Assembly: GCF_009914755.1 (NCBI RefSeq) | Contig: NC_060942.1 | Reading direction: 5' to 3' (one strand) | From: the human T2T-CHM13v2.0 reference genome, Homo sapiens | Length of the DNA stretch: 64,000 bases | In this document: in pieces, positions 13,269-27,722 of the stretch | Numbering within the stretch: the first letter of the stretch is position 1 | How the letters are laid out: each line of letters starts with the position of its first letter | Notes under the pieces: model-generated | The model's input: only the letters and a program-made list of their open reading frames with translations | Told to the model about the DNA's origin: nothing | The model's database searches: none | Position numbers and translations under genes: made by a program

Positions 13269-15747
13269 TCATGATCTTTCAAAAAACAACTCATATTCTC
13301 CCCTTCTGGTAAATCTTTAAAGCCCTTTCTGGCTTCCCCAGCCCAAAGCTATACCATTCACATATGAATTTTCTCTCTTATACTTACGATGATATACATA
13401 CCATTCATTTAGTCTTGAGCAGTTTTTTTTTCCAGCTTCTCCTGTGTATATATATTGTCTCCCCATCTAGATTGTAAGTTCCTGAAGGACAAGGACAACT
13501 TATTTTCACTTGTCTTCCCCTACCCTTACCAAAATACTAAGTAATTGAAGAAAGATGAAATACAGCATTTGTATAAAAGAAAAACATGTCACAGATCTGC
13601 AAACATTCTACACAGCTTTGCGCCCATTCTTCCGGTTTATAGTGGCCCTCCATACAACTGTTGGGTCTCTTTTCAACATCATTTGCTCATCCTAGTGGGA
13701 TTAAATTGCAGTGAGCATTACTACATCTTAAGGAAAGATCCAGTTATTTGCAACTGAGAGGACCCTGATTAAATGAGATAAGTAAAAATTTTAAAGAACA
13801 AATGCATGGGCTTACTTTTATTGTAAATAATAAGGAAGAAATCCAACACCAGCTAGATATTTATATTGATACAATGAAATTTCAGGTTCCAAATGAATTT
13901 ATGTTGCAGATTTGAACATATGCGCCCCCCCCAACACACAATCCTTATTCATGTTAGTTTTTGCTAAAAAGAAATAGTATTTCACATCTGATAGGAAATG
14001 CAGGAGACAGGAATAAGGCATATATGAGAAAAAAACTTCAAATGTAACAAGTGTTCATCAGGTGTCTGTCATGCACCTACCACAGAAGCATTGGTTGATC
14101 ATAGTGGAAAATTCTCACTCTTTGGCCAAAGTCACTCAAAAAAAATAAGACAGGATTTTTTATAATTAAAGAGAGAAAGAGATTAAAAGAGAAGTTGGCT
14201 CGGATAAAGACAAAAATATATGGCAAAACAAATTATATTTCTCATCATTCTCCAGGCATCTTACTATTATATTTCTTATCTCTACACTTAAATGGATAAA
14301 TAATGATTAGATGAATAGATCATTGGATAACTCAGTGACTGTTCAAATATTATTTGGAAAATTACAATACAATTCCAATGCAATGAGCTCTCCCATAAAG
14401 GCATTTAAATATCTGAGATGTACATATTTTGAGAAAAGAATAACAAAGGCCAGTGTCTAAACCCTGAAAGAACAATATACAAATTGTTTGAAGTTCTGTT
14501 GTGAGGGGAGATTATTTGGTAGTCACATGCCAACAATTGGGCCTTATGCTTTCATTATAATTGTCTGTGGGTGACAATATTGACTGAGCCAGGCTGCTGC
14601 TAGGCAGGATAAGTGTATGAAGGTTTAATACTCTTGGAAAATTTCAAGCTTATTAGCATAATTGCTGTGATGAAGACTGAAGAGCTTACTTAACATAGCT
14701 GACTAGAGTAGACAATAGATGCATAAGCAGTGTCCTAATTATTGAATTAATGAGTCCCAATTGTTTGTCCTTACTGTAAATGGTCCTTGCTATGAAAAAG
14801 ACATTTTGCTGAAGGAGTCTGACAATTGTGTTAGCTGACAAGTGGCCAGAATGTAATTAATGGTGGGGGAGAGCCAATTACTACTGGGTCCTAAAGACTT
14901 CACTGGTGAGTTTCAAGGAAAAATTGCATAGCTATATAGTAGTTTCATATCAACTCCTCTTTTCCTTTGTAAAATCGTGGAGCCTGATTCAGTGCTCTTA
15001 TTTTGCAGTTGAGGAAACTGAGGCCCAGGCTTACTTCTCCAAAGTCCTGTGACCACTTAGTGCCATGGATTGTGCAGGTAGTATCCACCTTTTCTGCTCT
15101 GGCACTGCCCACTGACTCTTCTTCCTGTTCCTGGTCTGCATGCACACCCATGCTGCAAAACAACACTTCTGAACCTTTGCTGCTCTACAAAACTCCAAGT
15201 TCCCATTACTTTATATGCATATGTCCTCACCAACTATTTCGTGGTGAAAATAGAGGCAAATTTCCTACCCACGCCTGAACCCCCAGTGATGGACAGATGT
15301 ATCTGTCTCCAGACTGACCCTTCCAGCCACTTTCTTCAAAAGCCTTGCCTATCCCTCTGGAGAAGCTTTTTCCTCCACTTACTCTCTGTTCCCTTGACCA
15401 CCCTGTCTAGGGTGGTCATACATACACACGTCCCTCCCAACATACACATGTCACACTCTACCACATCACCTTTAAAATTTTTTCTTTAAAAACTTTTATC
15501 ATTTTGTAGAATCATCACGTCTACTTATTCTGTACTGAATTATTACTTGTCAACCCTTAACACTTAATGTAAGCTCTAAAAGAGCAGGAAATATGTCTGT
15601 TTTGTTCACCATAGTATCCCTAATTCAAGCATATATGGAGGCACTCAATAAGTATTTTTGAATGGATGAATAATTTTCACTCAAGTTCACTCAAACTTAG
15701 CATATCCAAATGGAACTGATGACCTCCTTCTGTTTTCCTATCTGAGT

Positions 15748-16340
15748 ATGTCTTAGCCCAGTTCCCTAGAAAACAAACCCTGATGCAAGGATTAAGTATT
15801 GATGCGTTTTTTAGAAGGTATAATCCCAGGGCAACAGTATGAGGAAAAAGATAAGAAAAAATGGGGAACAAGGTACAGCAATGCATTGCTGTGCTAAACA
15901 CTACTCCATGAAAAGCCTTAAAGAAATACAGCCTGTCTCTTGGGCAGGTACAGCCACTTGACCATACAGGACATCTCCAGACAGGCAGTATGAAGAAATC
16001 ACACCATAAAACAATGTGAATAAGGAAGGAATTTTATCTTTGTGTCTCCTGTCTCCTGTTGGTCATAGCTTTTCCCTCAGGGAGTTAAAATTTTCTCACT
16101 TCCCAGTTGGGTTATCCATTTTCTTTAACAGTCACTCAGAAAGCCAGGTCCCATGCCCTGGAGTTCAGAAGCGGTGGGAGGAAACTGTGGGTATGTGGCT
16201 GGTTGGCTTCAGGCAGTTAAACCACAAGGAACTTAACTAAGTCTCTACTGGTAGCAGCTGAAACAGAAGAAGAGGTTAAGGGTCCCAGAGATGGTAAGGC
16301 TCAGAAAATCTGAGAAGACATGTAAATTAAGGCTGACATA
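15748..16340 (-). mobile_element. Old ERVL-type LTR (LTR33/LTR16-like)
   Basis: TGTCTTAGCCCAGTTCCCTAGAAAACAAACCCTGATGCAAGG...TAATCCCAGG terminus. Confidence 0.55.
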
Positions 16341-16601
16341 GGGTAATCATTACTACAGCAAAGGTAGAACCAGGTTTATTTTATCCACTTCATTATACAC
16401 AGCAGCTACCACACTATGTGCTAATTAAACTTCTGTTGAATAAATGCCTGCATAAATGACACCACCACCTGTCGGATCTGCTTAAACAGAAACCTTGGAG
16501 TCATCCATGGTCTTCCTTCTTTCTTAATTCCTGTATATCAAAGACAAAATTTCCATTGGTTCTACCTTTTTAATATATCTCAGATCCAATGCCTCCTCTC
16601 C

Positions 16602-17133
16602 AAGCTCACTGCCTCGGTTCAGACTTCACTGTCTTTCATTGGAAGTATTGCTTTAGCTCCTCAGCTGGTCTTCTTGTCTCTACTCTTGCTCCCTTCCAAT
16701 TCATCCTCCTCCCTGCTGCCAGAATTTTTTTAATAGCATATTTTCTAAATGTAAATCTGATATCACTACCTTGATTTATAGTGTCCTTCTTCCTGTTTTT
16801 TTTTTTCCAGGATAAAATCAAGACTCTTTAGCATAACCTAAAAGATCCTTAATGATCCATCCCAGGCCAGTCTCCGTAGTGTCACATCTCAACACTCCCC
16901 ATCTTGCTCCCTTTTCCCCAGCCAGACTGAACTCCTGACAGTTTCCATAATCACCATGTTCTCTCATTCCCCAGTGCCTATGCTGTGCTCTTTGTTCTGC
17001 TAGAAAGCACTTGCCCTATGGTGCCTGACCAACCTCTGCTCACCCTTCGAAGCTCTGTATAGAGTTTCAGTACCCTCATTCATTCATTGACCTCTCTATT
17101 CATACATACAAAGACACACACACACAAACACGT

Positions 17134-17170
<37 letters not shown>
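16602..17170 (+). repeat. Local duplication, copy B (L2-derived, ends in (CA)n)
   Basis: Aligns by eye with 12725-13268. Continuous with upstream L2-like sequence at ~16440-16600. Confidence 0.95.
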
Positions 17171-17171
<1 letters not shown>

Positions 17172-17189
17172 AGCCATTCAGTGTTTATT

Positions 17190-17745
17190 GTAACAGCCAG
17201 GTTCTTAGTTGCAAGCAACAGAAGAAATTGATGTTGGCTGACTTAAGGAGAAAGAGAATTTGGTGAAAGGATATTGGGTGGCTGACACAATTGCTGGGAA
17301 GGCCCCTGCAGAAACAGGCTCAGACAATAAGCAGAAGAAACAAGGAAGGCTAGGCAGCAGCCAGGAAGACAGCCAAGACACAGGACCACATACTGAGGGA
17401 GGAAGGCAACCATCACTGCCACCACCATTCCACACAGGATGCCATGGCCTTCACTTCCAAGTCAGTGTCACTGGGCATTACCCACCATTCGCTACCCACC
17501 ACTCTCACTATCAGCACTGTTGCTCCTGGCAATCAGATGTCACTGCAGTGCCTGTTACTGCCACCAGAATTGTTTCTCCACCACCCGTATTTTGCATTAC
17601 TAGAGCCCTGTCTTTGAAGCCCGGGGCAGATCTATTAGGTCAACCAAGCTTAGCCTATGTTGCATGCTCTGCTTGCAGGCAGGGTTGAGAAAGTAAGGAG
17701 CTAACATTTTGGTAGCCTTCTATATTATAGTGGGGATCTGCTTCT
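17190..17745. mobile_element. Old MaLR LTR (MLT1-type)
   Basis: GGTTCTTAGTTGCAAGCAACAGAA...GCTGACTTAAGGAGAAAGAGAATTT...AAGGATATTGGG. Confidence 0.55.
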
Positions 17746-17914
17746 CTCCAGTAATCCTCAGATAATTATCTAAACAAAATAAAGGGGGCCAGGTTCTGGG
17801 GAGCCCCTAAATGACAAATGTCCACCATGTTCTCAAAATTGCTCAACAAATAAATTGTGCATCTACCTGTGCCATGTTGTCTTTGAGGCACCAGGGATAC
17901 AAAAATGAATAAAG

Positions 17915-18660
17915 TGACCACTTCATACCCACTAAGAGGGCTATGATCAAAAAGACAGAAAATAACCAGTGTTCCTAAGGATGTAGAGAAATTGGAATCT
18001 TCATATATTGCTGGCAAGAATGTAAAATGGTGCAGTCATTCTGAAAAGCAATCTGGTAGTATTAACACCTCTAAAGATTAGACAGAGTAACCACATGATC
18101 CAGCAATTCCACTTCTAGGTATATACCCAAGGGAAATAGCAACATATGTCCACCCAATAACGTTTACACAAATGTTCATAGCATTCATAAGACCATGAAG
18201 TAGAAACATCCCAAATGCCCACCAACTGATGAATGATAAACAGTGGCGTATCTATACAATGGAATATTATTCAGCCATGAAATTAATGAAGTATTGAAAC
18301 ATGCTGCCATATGGATGAATACTGAATCTTGAACCATTATGCTAAGTGAAAGAAGTCGGTCACAAAGGTCACATACTGTGTGATTCCATTATATGTAACA
18401 TCTAGAATAAGCAAATCTATAAAGATAGAAAGTGGATTTGTGTTTGGCAACGTCTGGGAGTGGAGATGGGGTGGGAAGGGGAGTGACAGCTCATGGGTAC
18501 AGGGTTTCTTTCTGTGGTAATGAAAATGCTGTAAAATTAGATTGCAGTGATGATTGTATAGTTCTGTGAACATACTAAAAACCATTGAATCATATACTTT
18601 AAATGAGTGAATTGTGTGCTATGTGAGTGATGTCTTAATAAAGCTGTTTATAAAAAATGA
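17915..18660 (+). mobile_element. L1MB-type LINE-1 3' end (ORF2 end plus 3' UTR)
   Basis: GGATGTAGAGAAATTGGAA...CCAGCAATTCCACTTCTAGGTATATACCCAA...ATGGAATATTATTCAGCCAT...AATAAAGCTGTT. Confidence 0.9.
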
Positions 18661-18739
18661 ATGTAATAAAAAAGCCTCCTTTTCCTCAATGAGCTGATAT
18701 GCTTGTGGGACAGCAGAGTTAACAAGGTGGCTGCCAGTG

Positions 18740-18866
18740 GCCGCTGGTCAAGCCTGTAATCCCAGAGCTTTGGGAGGCCTGGAAGGATCGCTGGAGGCCA
18801 GGAGTTCAAGAACAGCCTAGGTAATATAGTGGGACCCTGTCTCTACAAAAACTATATTTAAAAAAA
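18740..18866 (+). mobile_element. Alu monomer (FLAM-like)
   Basis: Single Alu arm with A-tail; exact 13-bp TSD AGAGTTAACAAGG (18715-18727 and 18866-18878). Confidence 0.88.
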
Positions 18867-19631
18867 GAGTTAACAAGGAAACAATACAACTTCAAGTTGT
18901 GGCAAGGCTTTCCCTCACACCTACTCCTTCTTTCTTCATGCCTCAAGATGGAAGATGTACCTTGCTCCTTGCCACAGCACTTACTATATTTTGAATTGTC
19001 TTTCTCTGAACAGTACGATCCTCGAGGTAGGAACAAGTGCGTCTTTGAACTTTGAGTCACCAGGGCTAGCTGCGGTGCCTAGCACACAGTAGCCTTAATA
19101 GTTGTTTGTTGAACGGCGAATAAATGAGAGAGCCAGAACTGGAACCTGGGTGTCCCAAGACCTAGACCAGATTCCTTCCTACTACACCCGACTATATTGA
19201 TGCCAGAAATGAATGCTTTCCAAATATGACGGCTAGCCAGAGAGATGTCTACAACAAAAACAGTTGCGTTTTCTACAAGCTGTCAGTTTCCAGGTATATG
19301 TTTACGTTTTACACTGTAAACGTAATTTTGCTGTTTCCCTTAATTATGCTATGTCCTTCGAATAATCATTTCACTCACCTCATTTACAGCTCTCTTCCTT
19401 GAGTTCATCACACAGCACCAGCTTTGCTGTCATCTTTAGCATCCTGTAATTGCGACTTCTCACCCACTTGGCTGGTCAACACTGAGTGGGGGGCTTTCTG
19501 GCCTGTGTGCACAGGGTTTCAAGGCCCAGATTTTAGAGATTTGGCTTTTCATTTACCAAAAAGCACAAAGTAGAACTATATCAGCAAAGATTATGTAGAA
19601 AATTACTTTTTTCACAGCCTCTTGATATTTA

Positions 19632-19976
<345 letters not shown>

Positions 19977-20440
19977 TTAACTTTATTGAGATATAACTCA
20001 TATACCATAAAATTCAACCAGTTAAACTGTACAGTTCAATGGCTTTTAGTATACACAGAGCTGTGCAACCATCACCACAATCTAATTTTAGAACATTTTC
20101 ATCACTTCAAAAATAAACCCCATACTGGTAGCATTCACTCCTCATTCTTCTCTCCCCTACTCTTGACCCTAGCCAACTACTAATCTACTTTTTTGTCTTT
20201 ATAGATTTGCCTATTCTGAATGTTTCCTAGAAATGGAATCATATAGTATGTGGTTTTTTGTGACCTGGCTTCATTCACTAAGCATGTTTTCAAGGTCCAG
20301 CTATGTTATAGCATGTATCAGTATTTCATTTCTTCTTATAGCTGAATAATATTCTATGATATGGATATACCATATTGGGCATTTGCTTGTTTCCATTTTT
20401 GTCTCTTATGAATAATGCTGCTGTAAACATTCACATATAT
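19977..20440 (-). mobile_element. L1MB-type 3' end
   Basis: CTTTATTGAGATATAACTCATATACCATAAAATTCA...GTGCAACCATCACCACAATCTAATTTTAGAACATTTTCATCAC...ATGAATAATGCTGCTG. Confidence 0.88.
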
Positions 20441-20650
20441 TTCTCTACTACTTTTTAAATCATAACTTTGTTTCAAAAATTCCTCCACCCCTCTGATGCT
20501 CTTGTCTCTCAGTAGGCTCTCCAGTAATTTACAAGGTTCTTCTAGGCTTTTTATTATTGATTATTAATGGTTATTGAAGGCCTAAAGTTTACCTGGCAAA
20601 GATTCAGCCTTCCTGTTATTGTAATTATTATCAATATAGAAAATATTTCA

Positions 20651-21017
<367 letters not shown>

Positions 21018-21059
21018 GATGCCAAGGAGCCATGTTCTTGGAGAGTCTTATCTGCTAGG

Positions 21060-24000
21060 GACTGTGCACTGTACTGTGAGGACAAGAATTAGGACACAGT
21101 CCTTGCCCTCTAGGATCTTCTGTTCTGTTCGAGGAGACAGTTGTAGGAGATGCAACTCACCCAGTCTTGGCGGTCAGGGAAGGCCACTGTAGGCAGGGTG
21201 GTACTGCTGGGAGTTAGCCAGGAAAAGAGCCAAGAGAGCAAAGGCAAACACATGAGCAAGGGCCCAGATGTGAGAGGAGCATGTTTGTATGAAAGGGAGG
21301 GAGAAAGGAAAGGAAAGAGAGGGGAGGGGCATGAGGAATTGTGGAAGGAAATGAAGCTGAACCAATAAAGAAGAGCCACATTGTTAAGGGCTTTGAAAGC
21401 CATGCTAAGGAAAAGTTCCTCTGCTTGAAGGGGAAGGATTAAAAAAAATCAGTGGATCAAACATTCACTGAATGTTTGACCCTCTCAACACAAAACAAAC
21501 ACAAAAACTTATTGAAAAATATACAAAATGAAAAGGAATTTGTGAAATACTACTTTTTAGTGTTCATGTTAGAAGTAAATGTGTTTCTCTTTTAATCAAA
21601 ATCTTCAAATTTGGTGTCAACTTGTAATAACAGTAATGTTTTAAATTATTTTCTTTTTATTATTTAACAAATATATGTGTGACCCTCCTATGTACAAGAG
21701 ATTACTCCAATCTCTGAGGCTACAAAATGTTTCACAATGCTTGGTTCCTCACTTCAAGGCATTAAGTGTTAAATCACATAATCGGTGCATAAAGAAACCA
21801 ATAATATTTCATATATTATACATATTTAATAAATTTCTTATTCAAAAGAAGAGGCACCACCAAAGAATTCAAAGTGTATCAACATTAGTGTCCCTCATTG
21901 GCACAATTATAATTAATTCAATTTTTTAAACAGCCCTACACCAAGGGGCCTTCAACTAACAAGGCTCTTAATTATTTTTGCTTTGGAAATTTTTTATCCT
22001 CTGGTCCAATTCAGGGGTATTTTTTTTAAAAAAGATTTATTAAACATTACAAACAAAGTAGTGTCCTATGGGCTATGAAGAATGTAAAGGAATGGTAGGT
22101 ATGGTTCCTTCTCTCAGTGAAATTCCAATTCTACTGGAAATACAAGAGGTGGCATCAAGGAGGTTGGGGGAGCATTTATTGTCTCCTCTCATTGTGCCAG
22201 GTTCTTAAAGCTCACTTTATCTCATTTGATCTTCCAATAACCCCATTAGGAAGATATTTTTCTCATAAGTAATAGAAGTCCCCATAGAGGTAAAATAACC
22301 CAAGATCAACAAGCCACAGTGGACATTTCCAATTGAGGTGAAAACCAGGAAATATTTACCAAGTGTGGTCACATGGGCAACCGCACAGTTCCGCTGAGTG
22401 AAAATGGGTTTGAATTCTCTTATAGCTAGCCTTCAGGGGTCTTTCTTGCATCTCCACTCTTTGGTTCCAAGGAAAGTGACGAAAAGCCCTTCTGAGACCT
22501 GGGGCTGGGGCTAGCGCTGTCTGGAGGCATCTTCACTCACATGTCTGGTGGGTGATGCTGGCTGCTGGCCAGCACACCTACACATGGTCTTTTGAGTCTT
22601 TGGTAAAGGGTAATGGATATAGAGAAATAGGAAAGACCAGTGAAGGGAGATATGCAGTTAAGGGAAGATTTTAATCAAATGGAACATAGAATATTTTTAT
22701 AGATTGAAGGGAATAAACCAGTAGAAAGGGGGAAATGTTAGTACAGGAAAGAGAACAGATAACAGTGAGAATGGCGCTCTAGAGTTGGTGAAAGGAGATG
22801 GAACCCAGTGCACTGGGAGGGTTTAGCCTAACACAGCAACTTGGATGGTTCACCTATTGCACGTATCCTCAATGAGGACAAAAGTTGGCTCCTACTCTTT
22901 TTATGTACAAAGCACAGATACACATGCAGTGCATAATCTTATGGCATGAGGCAATTAGGAAAAAGGTATCTAAAAAGACACTTTGAGGGGCAATAATGAA
23001 AAGAAAAGGTTGAGAAACACTGATCTACGGTAACTCAAGAGAAGGCAGAGAGTATATGAGTAGATATCAGTGTTCTGATGTTCGGGTGTTTAGATGTTGG
23101 AAACATGTGGAAGCTCTCTTTTGATATCATCTATTTCCCAGTGAAATAAGGAGCAAGAACCAAATATGAGAAGGAGAAAGGGAGTTTTACAGGTTTGACA
23201 AGAGATGAGAAAGTTGAAATTGATGTCTTAGAGGGTCAGAGAGGGAATTGACTAAAGACTCACTTGATGTTGATGGACTCCTTAAGGTGAGATCAGTCAG
23301 CATGTTTGTGTGCTTTTCTCTAACTGCATTCAGATGCTTGGATTAGGTAGTGGTTGGGTTTCACCAGGGTTGGGATTTTACTAGGGGAGTACAATGGCTG
23401 GAAATATGAGCAAGGGCATCTCCCACAGAGTGGCTATAATGGTCCTCAATTCCCTACCCTCACTCTGCACTCCCCATAACAGCACGTGTTCTTGGCTTCT
23501 CACACCAAGCCCCTGCAGCTCTCTGTGGAAGGGCTTCTTGTTGGTCTATGTTAGAATAGGCCTGAAGTGCTAGGAAGCCCCTGAGAATAACCTTTAGCTA
23601 ACAATGGATGGGACACTACAATTTCCTTGCTCTTGAGAGGGGAATAATTCTACGGATGTTCCACATACCTGCTTAATAAATTCCCTGTATTCACTTCCTT
23701 CTCTTCCCTATGTGACTTTCCCACTCCCCTCCCAATGCTTCCTGGGATCACTTCTTAAATAAATGACTTGCACTCAAATCTTTGTCTCAAGGTCAGCTTC
23801 TGAGGGAAGCAAACTAGGACACAGATGAACCATAGTTTCAAGCCAGGTGAGAAGAGAGTTAAGTACATGATGGTGCAGGTGGGGGTGGAAAAAAGAGAGG
23901 GTTGATAGGCAGTGAAAAATGGTGGGATCAGTGAATTGGCAAACCCAATGAGATCAATGAATGTTGGAGTTAGGGTACTGGCAGTGGTGATTGGAGAGTA

Positions 24001-24270
24001 GGACACTTGAAATTGGGAATCTGCAGTTGTTGAAAACAATCCTTAGGGTATGACCATAGGATTGTGTGACTTGGTGAGATGGAGGGTATGATCGTTGCAG
24101 GTGAGGAATCAAAGAACTGAAAGGCCAAGGTCAAAACCACCTATGGCAGAGATTAGTTTCAGTCAGTTGCTTTCTACCTCTCCCTTAGAGTTATCATGAA
24201 GATTGAATGATACAATTCACATAAGAGCTTGAGTACAGAGCTTGGTACACAGTATGTGCCTAATAAATGT
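21060..24270. mobile_element. Mosaic of L2, MIR, MLT1 and an LTR16-like ERVL LTR (~23420-23822)
   Basis: L2-like purine-rich blocks (21060-21420, 22600-23400, 23825-24140); MIR-like blocks (22165-22320, 24170-24270); LTR16-like end CCTGGGATCACTTCTTAAATAAATGACTTGCACTCAAATC...CTAGGACA. Confidence 0.6.
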
Positions 24271-25220
24271 GATGGGCATGTGATCCAAACCAAACCCTCC
24301 CAAGGATTGTGTAACTTGATCCATTGGAGAAGCGCTCTCTTTTCTCTTTGGTCATCCAACACAAAGATGGAAGCAGAGACAAGATGGGGAAAAGATCGTG
24401 ACAGTGTTCACTTCCCTGCAGTCAGTTGTCTCTACAGCCAGTATACTCTTTGCCTACAATTATTCAGTTGGGTTTTAGAGTTAACAAAACTAAAAATTTT
24501 AATTTTCTTATGCTTTCGTTAATTTGAGTTCAGTTCCTGTCATTTGCAACAACAATAAAAACAATCAAATGACTAATAAGGGAATTCACCTCTTGCCTCA
24601 GGCTGACGAAAGTGATCTAATACAGGGTTGGTTTGTGGAGATCCTTTAAAGCCCTAGAGAGGGGGGAGTGTTGTGAGGTTTAAAGAACATTTGACAATGA
24701 CTCATACCTGAGTTTATCTCAACTCTGCCATGTGCTAACGAAGTGGGCATTGTGCCTTAGGGTTTCATTGAAGAATCTCTAAAAGTCAGCCTTGCTAACT
24801 CATATTGTAGCTATGTTTTTGAAGGCATCATCTACTTCACCTGTCAGTGTCCTCTCTATGATACGCACAGCAGAAATTTATTTTAGAATGTGTTGCTGGA
24901 AGAACTTGACTTCTCTCAAAGAACTGAGAAGGGTTTTCTTTGTGGAAAGAGAACTAAGGAATCAATTGTGTTTATTCACTTTGGCTATATGGAAGCTCAG
25001 AGGCAAATATACAGCCCAATATGTGGGACCTTATCATCTGCAATGTGAATATGGAAATTTTATGTATATTCTATAGAATAGAATATAAATCTATTCTAAT
25101 TTATATTTTCCTTAAACTCAATTTTAATATCTTATTTAAATTTTACTATTTATTATAAATGCTGTATACAAATCCTTATTTATGGAATAAAGAAAAGTAT
25201 AAATAAATAGGTACACACAC

Positions 25221-25368
25221 GCTGGGCATGGTGGCACACATGCCCGTAGTCTCAGCTACTTGGGAGACTGAGATGAGAGCATTGCTTGAGCCTGGCAGTT
25301 CAAGATCAGCCTGGGCAACATACGCAGACCCTGTCTTTAAGAAATAAAATAAAAGATAAAGAAAAGAA
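25221..25368 (+). mobile_element. Alu monomer (FLAM-like)
   Basis: Single arm with A-rich tail; TSD A(G/A)GTACACACAC. Confidence 0.85.
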
Positions 25369-25808
25369 TAAGTACACACACTAGTATTCAACTTGAGGAA
25401 TATCCCTTCACCTTTTATGTGATACTTTACTGTAAAATGATACAGTTTAAATTTTTACTGGAAATGGTAAATTCAGAAGCATTCCTTTTACTAAAAAATA
25501 TAGCAGTAATAGATGATGATTTAAAAAAAGAAACTAAAGTAATACAACTGGACTCAATAACAAGATAAAAATCTCCATGACCCAGAAACAAAGTAAATAG
25601 GGCTAAAACCATGGTGCTCTGGGCTTCTGGTGCAGAGGCAGTAGTCATGTCTAGGAGCTCAGTCCTGTAGAATAATAGGGACCAAGTGGATCCCACATGA
25701 GATGGGGTATTAAAGCCAGGAATATTTACCTGGTCATGAAAGGAAGCTGAAAAAGAAAACTCTTCTTGACTTGTATGTGAGCTTATAGCTTTTATAAAAG
25801 CAGGAGGG

Positions 25809-25936
25809 CGGGAGGCTGAGGCAGGAGAATGGCGTGAACCCTGGAGGCGGAGCTTGCAGTGAACCAAGATGGCGCCACTGCACTGCAGCCTGGGCGACAG
25901 AGCTAGACTTCGTCTCAAAAAAAAAAAAAAAAAAAA
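25809..25936 (+). mobile_element. 5'-truncated AluY
   Basis: AluY diagnostics GAGAATGGCGTGAACC and GGAGCTTGCAGTG; poly-A; exact TSD AAAAGCAGGAGGG. Confidence 0.92.
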
Positions 25937-26369
25937 GCAGGAGGGAAGCCTAGGGAGGCAGAAGACAGAAACATAACACCACAACTAGGAAATGGAACAA
26001 GCTGCCTCCTGGCCTAGTGACTGTATCTGAAGCATCCTCAGTGTCATTATAGGGCAGGAATCCCCCACCGCAAACCTAAGACTTGGTTCTAGACTGAAAT
26101 ACTGGCATGAGGGTGGGGGAAACTAAGTAGACGCTATCAGAAACCTACTAAATAGGGAAGAGAGAAACAAATCTCCCTTTCAAAATGATCTTACAAACTA
26201 AAACCATTATAAGTCATTTGAAGAAAGCTAAAATGCTAAGAAAGACCAGAGTAAAAATCAGTTATTCAAATATAATTTGCTTTATTAGAAATATATTTTA
26301 GGGGTTATTCTGAGAAAGACTAAAACATAAATATGCTTGGGATGCTAAAATCCATTTAAAAAAGCAAGC

Positions 26370-27600
<1,231 letters not shown>

Positions 27601-27619
27601 CCATTTTTTAAGAAGGAAG

Positions 27620-27722
27620 TGGTCTAATCACCTCTTTAAGGCCCCACCTCTTAATACCATTGCATTGGAGATTAAATTTCAACAAGAATTTTAGAGGGAC
27701 ACCAGCATTCAAACCATAGCAT
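27620..27722 (-). mobile_element. MaLR LTR fragment (MST/MLT1)
   Basis: CTAATCACCTCTTTAAGGCCCCACCTCTTAATACCAT...ATTCAAACCATAGCA. Confidence 0.75.

Noticed and set aside
19302-19325. Small inverted repeat TTACGTTTTACA-C-TGTAAACGTAA
   Set aside because: Short, AT-rich and imperfect; plausible by chance in 64 kb.
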